Part shown: piece by piece, positions 22,799 to 32,563 of the stretch
How the letters are laid out: each line of letters opens with the position of its first letter
How positions within the stretch are numbered: position 1 is the first letter of the stretch
Program-made: the position numbers and the translations under genes
Notes under the pieces: model-generated
Database searches by the model: none
The model's input: only the letters and a program-made list of their open reading frames with translations
Told to the model about the DNA's origin: nothing
Assembly: GCA_963813715.1 (NCBI GenBank)
Contig: CAWFAK010000009.1
Span: 32,001 to 96,000 of the forward strand
Length of the DNA stretch: 64,000 nucleotides
Origin: an uncultured Planctomycetaceae bacterium
GTDB taxonomy: Bacteria > Planctomycetota > Planctomycetia > Planctomycetales > Planctomycetaceae
Reading direction: 5' to 3'

Positions 22799-23366
22799 GG
22801 TGGGAATCTTTTTCTTGTTGCCCGCTTATCGGTGTTTGAGAAATCCCAGGTTGGTTGCTGACGACAGCCGTCGAGCCCGCGAGGAATCGGCGCGAGCCCA
22901 CGGACTCGGCAGACTGCGGTTGAAGCGGCGTGGCGCGAACCGCGCGTCGAATGACGACCCGAGCGTCGGCTCGGCGATCAGCAGTTGGGGCTGCAAACGG
23001 GCATCCATTTCCGCGGCCCAAATCAGGGTCGTGCCACAAGGGCACGGGCACGAGTTCAGACCCGTGCCGCTCGGGCACGAGGCGCTTCCCGGCGCGGGCC
23101 TCTGCTTTGTTCCGCTTGGCGTGCGAAACGCGTGCAGCAGCGCGCGGCCGGCCGACTCCAGGTTCTCTGCGAAGACCGACAGGAATGTCTTCTCCCAAAT
23201 CACCAGTCGTTCCCGCTTGCCGCGTCGCGCATGCGCGAAGTGTCGAAGCCAGTGGTTGACGAGAAGACAAAGTCTGCCAGGGCTGCGAGGATACCCCGTT
23301 TGACCCAAACACGCATCGAATAGAGCCCCCATTGAGACAAGATTTCGAGAATTTCCGGCCTCACGC

Positions 23367-23421
23367 TTAAATATTCTCGATCAAATGAGTGATATATTAG
23401 AGCGAAGCGAGGGTGTGTCAA
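23367..23421 (-). promoter_or_regulatory. Candidate promoter and operator of the encapsulin operon
   Basis: TTGACA-N16-TAATAT on the minus strand, overlapping the 31-bp box (23367-23397) shared with 6494-6524. Confidence 0.5.
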
Positions 23422-23631
23422 GCAGTAAAGCTGGGAGGGCGGGAATATTGGGCGATGGATGGAAGTTCTCAGCGAAGGGCGCGGACGGGTGGCCCGGGGT
23501 GCTCCGCATCGCGCGGAAGCCACCGTCTCGCTCATCGATTCGCCCAACAATCCGGATCTTCCGGGGCTTCCGCTGCACGGCCACCCTGACACTTAGCGGC
23601 ATACCCACCCCTGCAAACCACGCGGCTGCCG

Positions 23632-24348
23632 TCACTCGTTGTCGAGGGCCAGGTCGCGGAGTTGGCTCAGGGCTTCGTCGAGCTCCGGCACCTTAGCGCC
23701 GGGGACGCGGCCGGCCAGGTCGCATTTGGCGAGCAGAATCAGCTCGTCGTAGTCGGCCGATTGTTGCAGCCGGCGGCGGGCGCGCACGCCGATCCGACCG
23801 TCGAGCAGATCGAGGGCCAGCGAGTGCTGTTCGATCAGCCAGGCCGTGCGCTCGGAGATTGCATCGCCGAGTGCCCTCAGGCCGGCCGTCACGTGCTCGT
23901 GCGGATCGATGCCTTTTCCCACGTCGTGCAAGAGGGCGGCCAGGCGGAATTCCTCGTCGTAGGGCAGCAGGTCAGAAGCCAGCGTGAAAACCTGCAGGCT
24001 GTGATAGAGCACGTCCCCCTCGGGGTGCCGCCTGTGGTCCTGCTCGATCTTGGCCAAAGGCGCCAACAAGTTGCGATAAATGCGAAAGCGGTCCGTGCTT
24101 TCGGACAGTGGCCGCTCGGGATCGTCCCGCTGGTCGGCCAAGAGCGCGGGGCAGGCGTAACCGTTTGAGAGCCGCTCGAGCTCTTCGCGAATCTCGCGAT
24201 TGGTCGGTAGTTCGGAGGGCCGCAGCCTTTGGCGACAGAGCGTGCGGGCCGCCCGCTGCCTGGCCCGGCCGTATTCCTGCTCCTGCCGCTGATGCATCAG
24301 GCGAGCGGCCTCGAACAGAATCAGTTGGCGCAGCTTGTCGGCGGACAT
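23632..24348 (-). CDS. HD-domain phosphohydrolase (resembles the HD domain of CCA-adding enzymes)
   Basis: HPEGDVLYHSLQV, AALLHDVGK, D..GR. Confidence 0.85.
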   Translation of the reverse strand: MSADKLRQLILFEAARLMHQRQEQEYGRARQRAARTLCRQRLRPSELPTNREIREELERLSNGYACPALLADQRDDPERPLSESTDRFRIYRNLLAPLAKIEQDHRRHPEGDVLYHSLQVFTLASDLLPYDEEFRLAALLHDVGKGIDPHEHVTAGLRALGDAISERTAWLIEQHSLALDLLDGRIGVRARRRLQQSADYDELILLAKCDLAGRVPGAKVPELDEALSQLRDLALDNE

Positions 24349-24447
24349 GATTGAGGGCGAGGCCCCGGGCGCAGGCGAGTGAAAGAAGTGGTTCGCCGCG
24401 GAATTATATGCCGAGAGCCGCGCCCAAACCTGAGCAAGAGGCGGCTA

Positions 24448-25044
24448 TTACGGATCGAGCTCGACGTTCCAGTAGGCTTCGCTGATGAATTTAGACCAGC
24501 TGTCGATCCGCGTGTGCTGCGTCGCGTAGAGCGGTTTCCAGTCGGGCCGGCAGGGCTGCTTCTTGAGCGGCATCTTGGCTCGCTCGGGGGTTTTATCGGC
24601 CTTCCGCTTGTTGCAGGAGACGCAGGCCAGCACGCAGTTTTCCCAGGTCGACAGGCCCCCTTGCGAGCGGGGCATCACGTGGTCGATCGTCAGCTCTTCG
24701 CTGCCGGGCTGAATGCCGCAGTACTGGCAGGTGTAGCGATCGCGCTTATAGATGTTGCGGCGGCTGAAAGTCACCGCGCTCGTCGGCATACCCGAGTAGT
24801 GGATCAGGGCGACGACTTCGGGGACGCGGATGCGGCTGCGGACTGTGGAGACGAACAGTTCGCCGGCCCGAGGCGCCAGCTTCGACCAGTCGAGCCAGCC
24901 GTACAGTTGATAGTCATCCGGGTCGACGACGCGAGCCGTCTCGTTCCAGACCATCACGAGAGACCGGGCCACGGAGGCAACCCCGACGGGTTGCCAATTC
25001 CGGTTCAGGACCAGTGTCGGTCGTTCCAAGACCATCGAACTCAT
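24448..25044 (-). CDS. HNH endonuclease (McrA-like, Zn-binding)
   Basis: LVLNRNWQP, FSRRNIYKRD.YTCQYCG, TIDHVMPRSQGG, WENCVLACVSCNKRK; GGAG RBS. Confidence 0.92.
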   Translation of the reverse strand: MSSMVLERPTLVLNRNWQPVGVASVARSLVMVWNETARVVDPDDYQLYGWLDWSKLAPRAGELFVSTVRSRIRVPEVVALIHYSGMPTSAVTFSRRNIYKRDRYTCQYCGIQPGSEELTIDHVMPRSQGGLSTWENCVLACVSCNKRKADKTPERAKMPLKKQPCRPDWKPLYATQHTRIDSWSKFISEAYWNVELDP

Positions 25045-25321
25045 CGTGGTTTCTCCGGCGCTCTGGGCGTCGCTCGGGGGATTGTTCGGGTTGGTTCGCC
25101 TGGCTTTCTCTCGAGTTGCGGCTCCGTCCGTTTGATCCGTCGCTGTCACAAGTCAGTCGCTGTGCCCAGCGAGTCCCTGGGACGTTCGATCTCGCACTCC
25201 CCCGGAGGCACGCGATCGAACCGGCATCGGCCTGTCACAACTCGGCCGACCTGCATCGGCCGTCACAAATCGGGCCGAAAATCAGCCTCTGAATAATAAG
25301 TGTGCGCGATTGGGTTGTCGA
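25045..25321 (-). promoter_or_regulatory. Promoter plus long structured 5' leader (candidate ncRNA) of the HNH-HD pair
   Basis: TCGACA(25321-25316)-N17-TATTAT(25298-25293), then consecutive hairpins, three containing GANTTGTGAC. Confidence 0.5.
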
Positions 25322-25467
25322 GCGCGGACGCGCTTTGCAGGGTCAAAGGCGCGTTAACTTTCCGTGAAGCGCGGCGCGCGTCAACACACGACGGGCGTGC
25401 AACTTGCGTTGAAAGACATGCGGCGAATCGCGAGCTTAACGGCCGAGCGCGGGCCACGATTCGACGC

Positions 25468-25887
25468 TCAGGACGTGCGCGGGTCGCGGCGATTGATCAG
25501 CGGCGGCTCGGGGCGAATGACGAATTGGGCGAAGCGTTCGTACCCGCCGGACGTCAGTCGATCGCACACGAGCTGCCGCCGTTCCGCTTCGGGCAGGCCG
25601 TTCAACACGCCGAAGACCAGGCACCCCAGCACGATGGTCGCCACGTCGACGACGGCGGCCGGCAGGCGAAACTCCTTGAGGTCGGCGAAGATCTCGTCCT
25701 TGCTGCAATACTCGCCGAATTTCTTGCCGGCATACATCAATTCCACGCCGGCGAAGTCCTGGCTCCACTCGTAGTCGAAGGGGCCGTAGTCGCGCCGCCG
25801 GTGCAGCACCCAGAAGCGGCCTCCCTCGAAGAGGATGCCATGCGTCGGCGCCGAGTCGGGGGCGGGGGCGGGGGCGGGCGGATCCAT
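25468..25887 (-). CDS. Hypothetical protein
   Basis: Protein-like composition (YGPFDYEWS..GVELMYAGKKFGEYCS..EIFADL) and GC3-rich codons; start uncertain. Confidence 0.65.
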   Translation of the reverse strand: MDPPAPAPAPDSAPTHGILFEGGRFWVLHRRRDYGPFDYEWSQDFAGVELMYAGKKFGEYCSKDEIFADLKEFRLPAAVVDVATIVLGCLVFGVLNGLPEAERRQLVCDRLTSGGYERFAQFVIRPEPPLINRRDPRTS

Positions 25888-26550
25888 CCGTTGCCTTGTG
25901 GTCGGGGCCTTGTGGCCCGGATCTTTTGGCCGAGGCCTTGTAACCGAAGGCTGGTGCGGCCCGATTCCCGAAGACGATCCGCCGCGCAGAGTGGCGCAGA
26001 CAGTTCGCCCAAATGAAACCGGGAACGCCAAATCATTGCGAAAGGACGCAAGCCGGGCAAGATCTGCATGGCCGAGATTCGACGATACGGTGGACGAATC
26101 GTGGCCGTCTTCTTATATCTTCGCCGACCGGCTTCGGTCGCAGAACCGGAGTTGGGGGCAGGCTTTTCACGATAACGGCCGCCGAGCTGTGCTCAAGAAA
26201 GCAGGCCGGGGAGTCGATGGATTTTTGCCGGGTTGACGGCCGCCGGACCGGCGGTGGAATTCCGCGAGAAATGGCGTGCCAAGCCGGGAATTCTGCGCGT
26301 CGAACAATTCGCGAAAAACGCCGCACCCAGCCGACTTGGGCGCTTGACAACCGGGAAAAACTTTAATACTTGAAGGGGCCGTTCCTCGGCCAAAGGGACC
26401 GGGCACGACGCCGGGCCGCTTCGATTGGCGTACTAGTCCATAGGTTTCCGGTTCGAGTGAGTGCGAACCGGTGCCTCCGCCCGCGAGTGATTTCTCAGGA
26501 CGACCGTTTTACAGAACGATCGCTTTACCGACAGTGAGGGGCTCACACAG

Positions 26551-26871
26551 ATGGCATGGCAACGGAGCGACGAGCAGTCGTGGTCAGGAACCCTGTTCGC
26601 AGAGGGGCAGGCGTCGGTGACTTTCCCAGGCGTGGAGCAGTTTCCCGTCTGGACTTCGACCTTCGACGTGCGCCTGGCCGACGAAGAGGAAGAAGCAGAA
26701 GAAGTCGAAGACGACGATGACGACGAAGAGGACGACATCGACGACGAAGAATTCGATGACGAAGAACTCGACGACGAAGAGTTCGACGACGAAGAATTCG
26801 ACGACGACGACGACCTCGACGAGGATGAGGACGAGGAGGAAGAGGAAGAGGAGGAAGACGAGGATTATTGA
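26551..26871 (+). CDS. Small, extremely acidic protein
   Basis: GAGGGG upstream of the ATG; last ~63 aa almost all D/E; stop overlaps the punA start. Confidence 0.7.
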   Translation: MAWQRSDEQSWSGTLFAEGQASVTFPGVEQFPVWTSTFDVRLADEEEEAEEVEDDDDDEEDDIDDEEFDDEELDDEEFDDEEFDDDDDLDEDEDEEEEEEEEDEDY

Positions 26872-27791
26872 GCCTCCCTCGATCATCGTCGGCTGGACCA
26901 CCTGCAGCAGGCGCATCTGAAGCGGACGCCACCGCAGCCGCGCGGCCTGCCCACACTCTCGACGACCAGCTGCTGCACGACCAGATCGGAGCCGCCGCCA
27001 CGGCCATCCGCGGGCGGTGGGCTTCGGTCCCCAGGGTGGGGCTGATCCTGGGGACCGGGCTGGGGCGGTTCGCCTCGTTGATCGAGACCGACGCGCGGAT
27101 CCCTTACGCCGACATCCCGCACTTCGCCGCCTCCACCGTCGCTTCGCACACGGGTCAGCTCGTCTGCGGACGGCTGGCCGGCGTGCCGCTCGTGGCGCTC
27201 GAAGGACGCGTCCACTTCTACGAGGGCTACACGATGCGCCAGGTCACCTTCCCGGTGCGCGTGATCAAGGCCCTCGGCGCGGAAACGCTCATCGCCACCA
27301 ACGCGGCCGGCGCGATGAATCTCGACTACGAGCTGGCCGACGTGGTGATCGTCGACGATCACATCAACCTGATGCCCGACAATCCGCTCCGCGGCATCAA
27401 CGACGACCGCCTGGGACCGCGCTTTCCCGACATGAGCGGCCCCTACGACCGCGAACTGACGAACGTCGCCCGCCAGGCCGCCACCGAGCTGGGTGTGCCA
27501 ACGCGGACCGGCGTTTTCGTCGCGGTGCCCGGGCCGAACCTGGAGACGCGGGCCGAATATCGCATGCTGCGGAACCTCGGAGCCGACATTGTGGGGATGT
27601 CGACGGTGCCCGAGGTGATTGTCGCCGCCCACGCCGGCTTGCGGACGCTCGTGCTGTCGATCGTCACTGATTTGTGCGATCCCGATTCGCTCGAACCGGC
27701 CACGCTGGAAAAAATGCTCGCTGTCGCGGAACGCGGAGCCGGCCACCTGGAACGGCTGATCCCGCGAATCGTCGCCCACCTGGGGCCATGA
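26868..27791 (+). CDS. punA: Purine-nucleoside phosphorylase (trimeric type)
   Basis: [50 protein letters not shown]. Confidence 0.93.
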   Translation: MSLPRSSSAGPPAAGASEADATAAARPAHTLDDQLLHDQIGAAATAIRGRWASVPRVGLILGTGLGRFASLIETDARIPYADIPHFAASTVASHTGQLVCGRLAGVPLVALEGRVHFYEGYTMRQVTFPVRVIKALGAETLIATNAAGAMNLDYELADVVIVDDHINLMPDNPLRGINDDRLGPRFPDMSGPYDRELTNVARQAATELGVPTRTGVFVAVPGPNLETRAEYRMLRNLGADIVGMSTVPEVIVAAHAGLRTLVLSIVTDLCDPDSLEPATLEKMLAVAERGAGHLERLIPRIVAHLGP

Positions 27792-27799
27792 GCGATTTC

Positions 27800-27886
27800 G
27801 GGTGGCACTGGCGGCTCGTCCGCCAGTGGCGTTCTTCGCGACGAGAACAACACCAGACACTGGCGGACCAGCCGCCAGTGCCACCC
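27800..27886. repeat. REP doublet (REPIN-like) element, copy 1
   Basis: GGGTGGCACTGGCGGCTCGTCCGCCAGTG...CACTGGCGGACCAGCCGCCAGTGCCACCC; inverted arms, each itself a hairpin; second copy at 53013-53100. Confidence 0.85.
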
Positions 27887-27968
27887 CGGACGAATCGCCA
27901 AGAGACTAAAACTGCCAGAACCGGCGGGCTTACACCCGCCGCTCGCCTTGGCATATCATCGGCCAATC

Positions 27969-30900
27969 ATGTTTGAAAAAGTCACCAGTTCCGAATTCGT
28001 CCGTGGCGAGCATCACGTGCTCCGCTTCTGGCGGGAGCGCGCGATCTTCCAGCAGCTCCGCGCGAAAAATGCCGGCAAGCCGCGGTGGAGCTTCATCGAC
28101 GGGCCGATCACCGCCAACAACCCGATGGGCGTGCACCACGCCTGGGGACGCACCTACAAAGACGTCTTCCAGCGCTACTTCGCGATGACCGGGCACGACG
28201 AGCGCTACCAGAACGGCTTCGACTGCCAGGGGCTGTGGGTCGAAGTCGAGGTCGAGCGCGAGCTCAAGATGGGAGCCAAGGCGGCGATCGAGGCGTACGG
28301 CATCGACAAGTTCGTCAACGCCTGCAAGCAACGCGTGCTGCAGTTCGCGGCCCGGCAAACCGAGCAGTCGATCCGCTTGGGCTATTGGATGGACTGGGAC
28401 GATCCAACCACGCTGCGAAAACTTTCCGAGACCGTCGGCACCGAGCAAACCGTCAGCATCACGACGCCGTCGGGCCAAACAGTGAGCGACAAGGCCGACG
28501 CGATTGTGGCTCGGCTCGGCAACCCGCAGTGGGGCGGCAGCTACTTCACGTTCTCCACCGAGAACAACGAGACGATCTGGGCGTTCCTCAAGAAGTGTTT
28601 CGAGCGGGGCAAGCTCTACAGCGGTCACGACGTGATGCCTTGGTCGGGCCGCGCCGGCAGCGCGTACAGCCAGATGGAAGTCGCGGACGGCCGGCGGCTC
28701 ACCATCCACCGCTCGTGCTTCGTGCGGTTTCCGCTGGCAGACGCGGAGAACGAATACCTGCTCGTCTGGACGACGACTCCCTGGACGCTGACCAGCAACG
28801 TCGCCTGCGCGGTCAATCCCGACCTCGACTACGTGCAGCTCAAAACGAACCGCGACGGCGCCACTTATTACTTCGCCAAGGACAACCTGCACTTTCAGCG
28901 GCTCGAGCGCGAGTTCAAAGAGGGATTCGGTCGACCCGAATGGGGTTGGCCGTCGAACGTGCCCAAGCTCAAAACGATTTCGCAAATCTTCAAGGAGCAG
29001 GGCGGGTTCGAGATCGTCGCCGAAATCAAAGGGGCCGCGCTGGTGGGACGGCCGTATCGCGGACCGTTCGACGATTTGCCCGCGCAAAACGCGAAGGGAG
29101 GCATTCCCGAGGATGCCAATCTCAAGAACCGGACGGCGGCCGAGTCGCACCGCGTGATCGACGGCGGCCGCGATTCTCGCGGCAATCCCAACGTGGTGGC
29201 TGGCGAGGGAACGGGCATCGTCCACATCGCGCCGGGCTGCGGCGACGTCGACTATGTGCTCGGCAAGCAGCAGGGCCTGGTCGGGCTGGCGCCGCTGGAT
29301 GAGGCGGGGCAGTTCGTCGCCGGTTTCGGGCCGTTCGAAGGGCGCGAGGCCAACGATCCGCGAGACGGCCCAGCTCGTTTTCGATTCGCTCAAGGCGAAG
29401 CATCTGCTGGTCAACGTCGAAGAGTATCCGCACATCTATCCGTTCTGCTGGCGGACGGGGGACGAGCTGGTCTTCCGCCTCGTCGACGAGTGGTTCATCA
29501 ACATGGACTGGCGGGACGAGATCAAGGACGTCACGCGGCAGATTCGGTGGCTGCCGCCCAGCATCGACGGCGAAGAGCGCGAGGTCGAGTGGCTCACGAA
29601 CATGCGCGACTGGCTGATCTCCAAGAAGCGATTCTGGGGGCTGGCGCTGCCGATCTGGGTCGACGAGAAAACGGGCGAATTCACCGTCATCGGCTCCCTC
29701 GCCGAGTTGAAAGAGCGGGCCGTCGCAGGCTGGGACGAATTCGCGGGGCACACGCCACACCGGCCCTGGATCGACCGCGTGAAGATCAAGAACCCGAAGA
29801 CGGGCAATCTGATGTCGCGTGTGCCCGACGTCGGCAATCCGTGGCTCGACGCGGGAATCGTTTCGTTCTCGACGCTCGAATACAACACCAACCGCGACAA
29901 CTGGCGGAAGTGGTATCCGGGCGACCTCGTGCTCGAGTGCTTTCCCGGCCAGTTCCGCAACTGGTTCTATTCGATGCTCTCGATGGCGACGATGATGGAC
30001 AATTCGCCGCCGTTCAAAACCCTCTTCGGACATCGCCTGGTGATGAACGAAGACGGGAAGCCGATGCACAAGTCGGACGGGACGGCCATCTGGTTCGAAG
30101 AGGCGGCCGAGCAGCTGGGCGTCGACACCATGCGCTGGATGTACCTGGCGCAGAATCCGGCGTCCGACCTGCGGTTCGGCACGCGGCATCCCAACCATCC
30201 GGTCGTGCTGCAGACACCCGAAGGTCCGATCGAGCAAACTCGCGAAGGCGTGCCGACCTGCGAAGTCGTCAGCAAGCCGGCCGACGAAATCCGCCGGCAG
30301 GTGCTGATCCCGCTGTGGAACACGTACGCGTTCTTCGTCAATTACGCGCGGCTCGACGAATTCGATCCGCACGCGCCGGCTGTGCCCGTTGCCGAGCGGC
30401 CGGAGATCGACCGCTGGATCCTCTCCAACCTGCAGTCGCTGATCGCCGTCGCCAACAAGGGATTTCAAGAGTTCGACACGGCTTCGGTTTGCCGACAGGC
30501 GGCCGAATTCATCGACGACCTGTCGAACTGGTACATCCGCCGCAACCGCCGCCGCTTCTGGCGCTCGCGTGACGCGGGCGATCGCGACAAGCTGGCCGCG
30601 TATCAGACGCTCTATTCCGTGCTGGTCGAGCTGACGAAGCTGCTCGCGCCGATGATTCCGTTCCTCACCGAGCGGATGTACGCGAACCTCGTGAAGAGCT
30701 GGCGGCCCGACGCGCCGGAGAGCGTGCACCTGTGCGACTATCCGCAGCCGGACCAGAAACTGCTCGACCCGGAGCTCAACACGCGGATGGCCGCCGCCCA
30801 GCGGCTCGTGCGTCTGGGTCACAAGCTGCGCGACGACGCGAATCTCCGCGTGCGGCAACCACTGGCCGAGTGCCGCTTCGCCTGCGCGACGCAGCAGTCG

Positions 30901-31533
30901 CCGACTCGATCGAGCGACTGGCCGACGTCGTCGAGGACGAGCTCAACGTCAAGCAGCTCACCCGTTGCGACCACCTCGACGGCCTGGTGAGCTATACTTA
31001 CAAGCCGAACCTCAAAACGCTCGGGCCGAAATACGGCAAGCTGCTCGGCGCAGATCGGCAAGGCGCTCGACCGCGCTCGCCCGCGAGCGAGTTCGATCCG
31101 CTCCGCCGGGGACGAATCGATGCACGATTGCCGGTCGGCGGAACCGAGGTCGCTACTCGCTCCGACCGGACGTGCTGGTCTCGACGCAGCAATCGGCCGG
31201 CTGGGTGACGGCCGAAGACCGCGGCCTGCAGATCGCGCTCTCGACCGAACTGACGCCCGAACTCGTCCGCGAAGGAATGGCTCGCGACTTCGTCCGGCAG
31301 GTGCAGCAGCTGCGCAAGGATGCCGATCTCGAGATCGAGGACCGCATCCGCATTTGCTCATCCAGGCCGACGATTCCGATGTGAAGCAGTCCCTCGCCGA
31401 GTACCGCGAGTACATCGCGAGCGAGACGCAGGCCGATGCGATCGAGTCGTCGGCAAGCGTTCCCGACGGCGTCAAGGCCGTCTCGATCGGCAACGCCAAG
31501 GTCTTCATCTGGATCGCCAAGGTGTCGAAGTGA
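27969..31533 (+). CDS. ileS: Isoleucine--tRNA ligase (type 2-like); frameshifts near 29360, 30890, 31050-31160 and 31355
   Basis: [92 protein letters not shown]. Confidence 0.93.
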
Positions 31534-31569
31534 CGCACGTCGACGTGACCGGCCGAGCCCCTGCTGCAC

Positions 31570-32022
31570 GTGGTGCTGCATCAGCCCGATATTCCGCAGA
31601 ACACGGGGAACATCGGCCGGACGTGCGTCGCCGTCGGGGCCAAGCTGTGGCTGATCCGGCCGCTCGGGTTTCGGCTCGACGAGAAGTTGCTCCGCCGCGC
31701 GGGCATGGATTATTGGGAGCTGGTCGACTGGGAAGTCGTCGAGAGTTGGGAGGAGCTGAAGCAACGACTCGCGGGCCGTCCCTGGTGGGCGCTCACCAAG
31801 TCGGGCACGCGGCTGTTGTGGGACGCCCCCTTCGCCCGCGGCGACGTGCTGGTCTTTGGCAGCGAGACCCGCGGACTACCGCCGTCGATTTTGGCCGAGC
31901 AGCCCGAACGGAATCTGAAGCTGCCGATGCGGAGCGAAGTCCGCAGCCTCAACCTCGCCAGCACGGTCAACACCGTCGTCTACGAAGCGGTGCGACAGTT
32001 CGGCGGATTGCCGGATGCCTGA
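31570..32022 (+). CDS. trmL: tRNA (cytidine(34)-2'-O)-methyltransferase
   Basis: [37 protein letters not shown]; true start slightly upstream. Confidence 0.93.
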   Translation: MVLHQPDIPQNTGNIGRTCVAVGAKLWLIRPLGFRLDEKLLRRAGMDYWELVDWEVVESWEELKQRLAGRPWWALTKSGTRLLWDAPFARGDVLVFGSETRGLPPSILAEQPERNLKLPMRSEVRSLNLASTVNTVVYEAVRQFGGLPDA

Positions 32023-32075
32023 CCGGCAGTCTGAGCTGCCGAGCGGCTGGGCAGTAGGGGCGAAAATCGGCGGTG

Positions 32076-32104
32076 TTGCTGATTTGCAGTCTCCAAGTTA
32101 GATT
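32076..32104 (+). promoter_or_regulatory. Sigma-70-type promoter for the small basic ORF
   Basis: TTGCTG-N17-TAGATT. Confidence 0.55.
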
Positions 32105-32153
32105 GTCGTTCGCCAAAAGCCACCGGGGGAAGCACTGAGGAGACGCGAAGGAC

Positions 32154-32243
32154 ATGGGAGTTAAGAAGAGCGGCAAGGGACGACGGAAACTCGGCCGAAA
32201 GAAGCGGCGCAACCGCAGCAAGATCCGACATCGCAAGGGTTAG
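32154..32243 (+). CDS. 29-aa Lys/Arg-rich protein (not in the ORF track)
   Basis: MGVKKSGKGRRKLGRKKRRNRSKIRHRKG*; GAGGAG upstream and its own promoter. Confidence 0.75.
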   Translation: MGVKKSGKGRRKLGRKKRRNRSKIRHRKG

Positions 32244-32563
32244 TGCCGCACGCGGCGGCCGGGAGCCGACACGCGTCGGCAGTCTCGGCCCTGCGGGCAC
32301 TCGCGCCCGGACGCGGCTGGCAACCCATCTCAGGCTCGCCGCATCGTGCGCGCCCGTCCAATCGCCAATCGCCGCTCGTGCGCTCCGGCCCACCCGTCAC
32401 GCGGGCAGCGACACAGTTTTCTCGCACGCTTCGCTCGCCGCGTCTCTCGCCAACATCTTGTGCGGCGTCCACGAAAGCCTTAGCCTAAAACGGCAGAAAC
32501 CTCGCAAAGTTCCGTGCCGCAGCCCCTGGCAATCTGCGGTGCCCTCTCCGCGGATCCGATTCG

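Noticed and set aside
22826..23332. 168-aa ORF or a SAM riboswitch upstream of the encapsulin operon
   Set aside because: The ORF lacks protein-like composition, and I could not find SAM riboswitch consensus elements by eye; an Rfam scan would settle it
24448..25044. HNH protein as IscB/Cas9-like
   Set aside because: Only ~200 aa, with no RuvC motifs or PLMP N-terminus
25140..25280. CRISPR mini-array or tRNA in the HNH leader
   Set aside because: Repeats are short with no regular spacers and no cas genes; GTTCGA is present but no cloverleaf can be built
26344..26370. TTGACA promoter upstream of the acidic protein
   Set aside because: Spacing to the best -10 (TAATAC) is only 14 bp; plausible if bases are missing, but not supportable as given
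27969..31533. ileS (and yidC, sucA) as pseudogenes or programmed frameshifts
   Set aside because: Core genes with intact motifs; breaks are scattered across the window, consistent with sequencing indels
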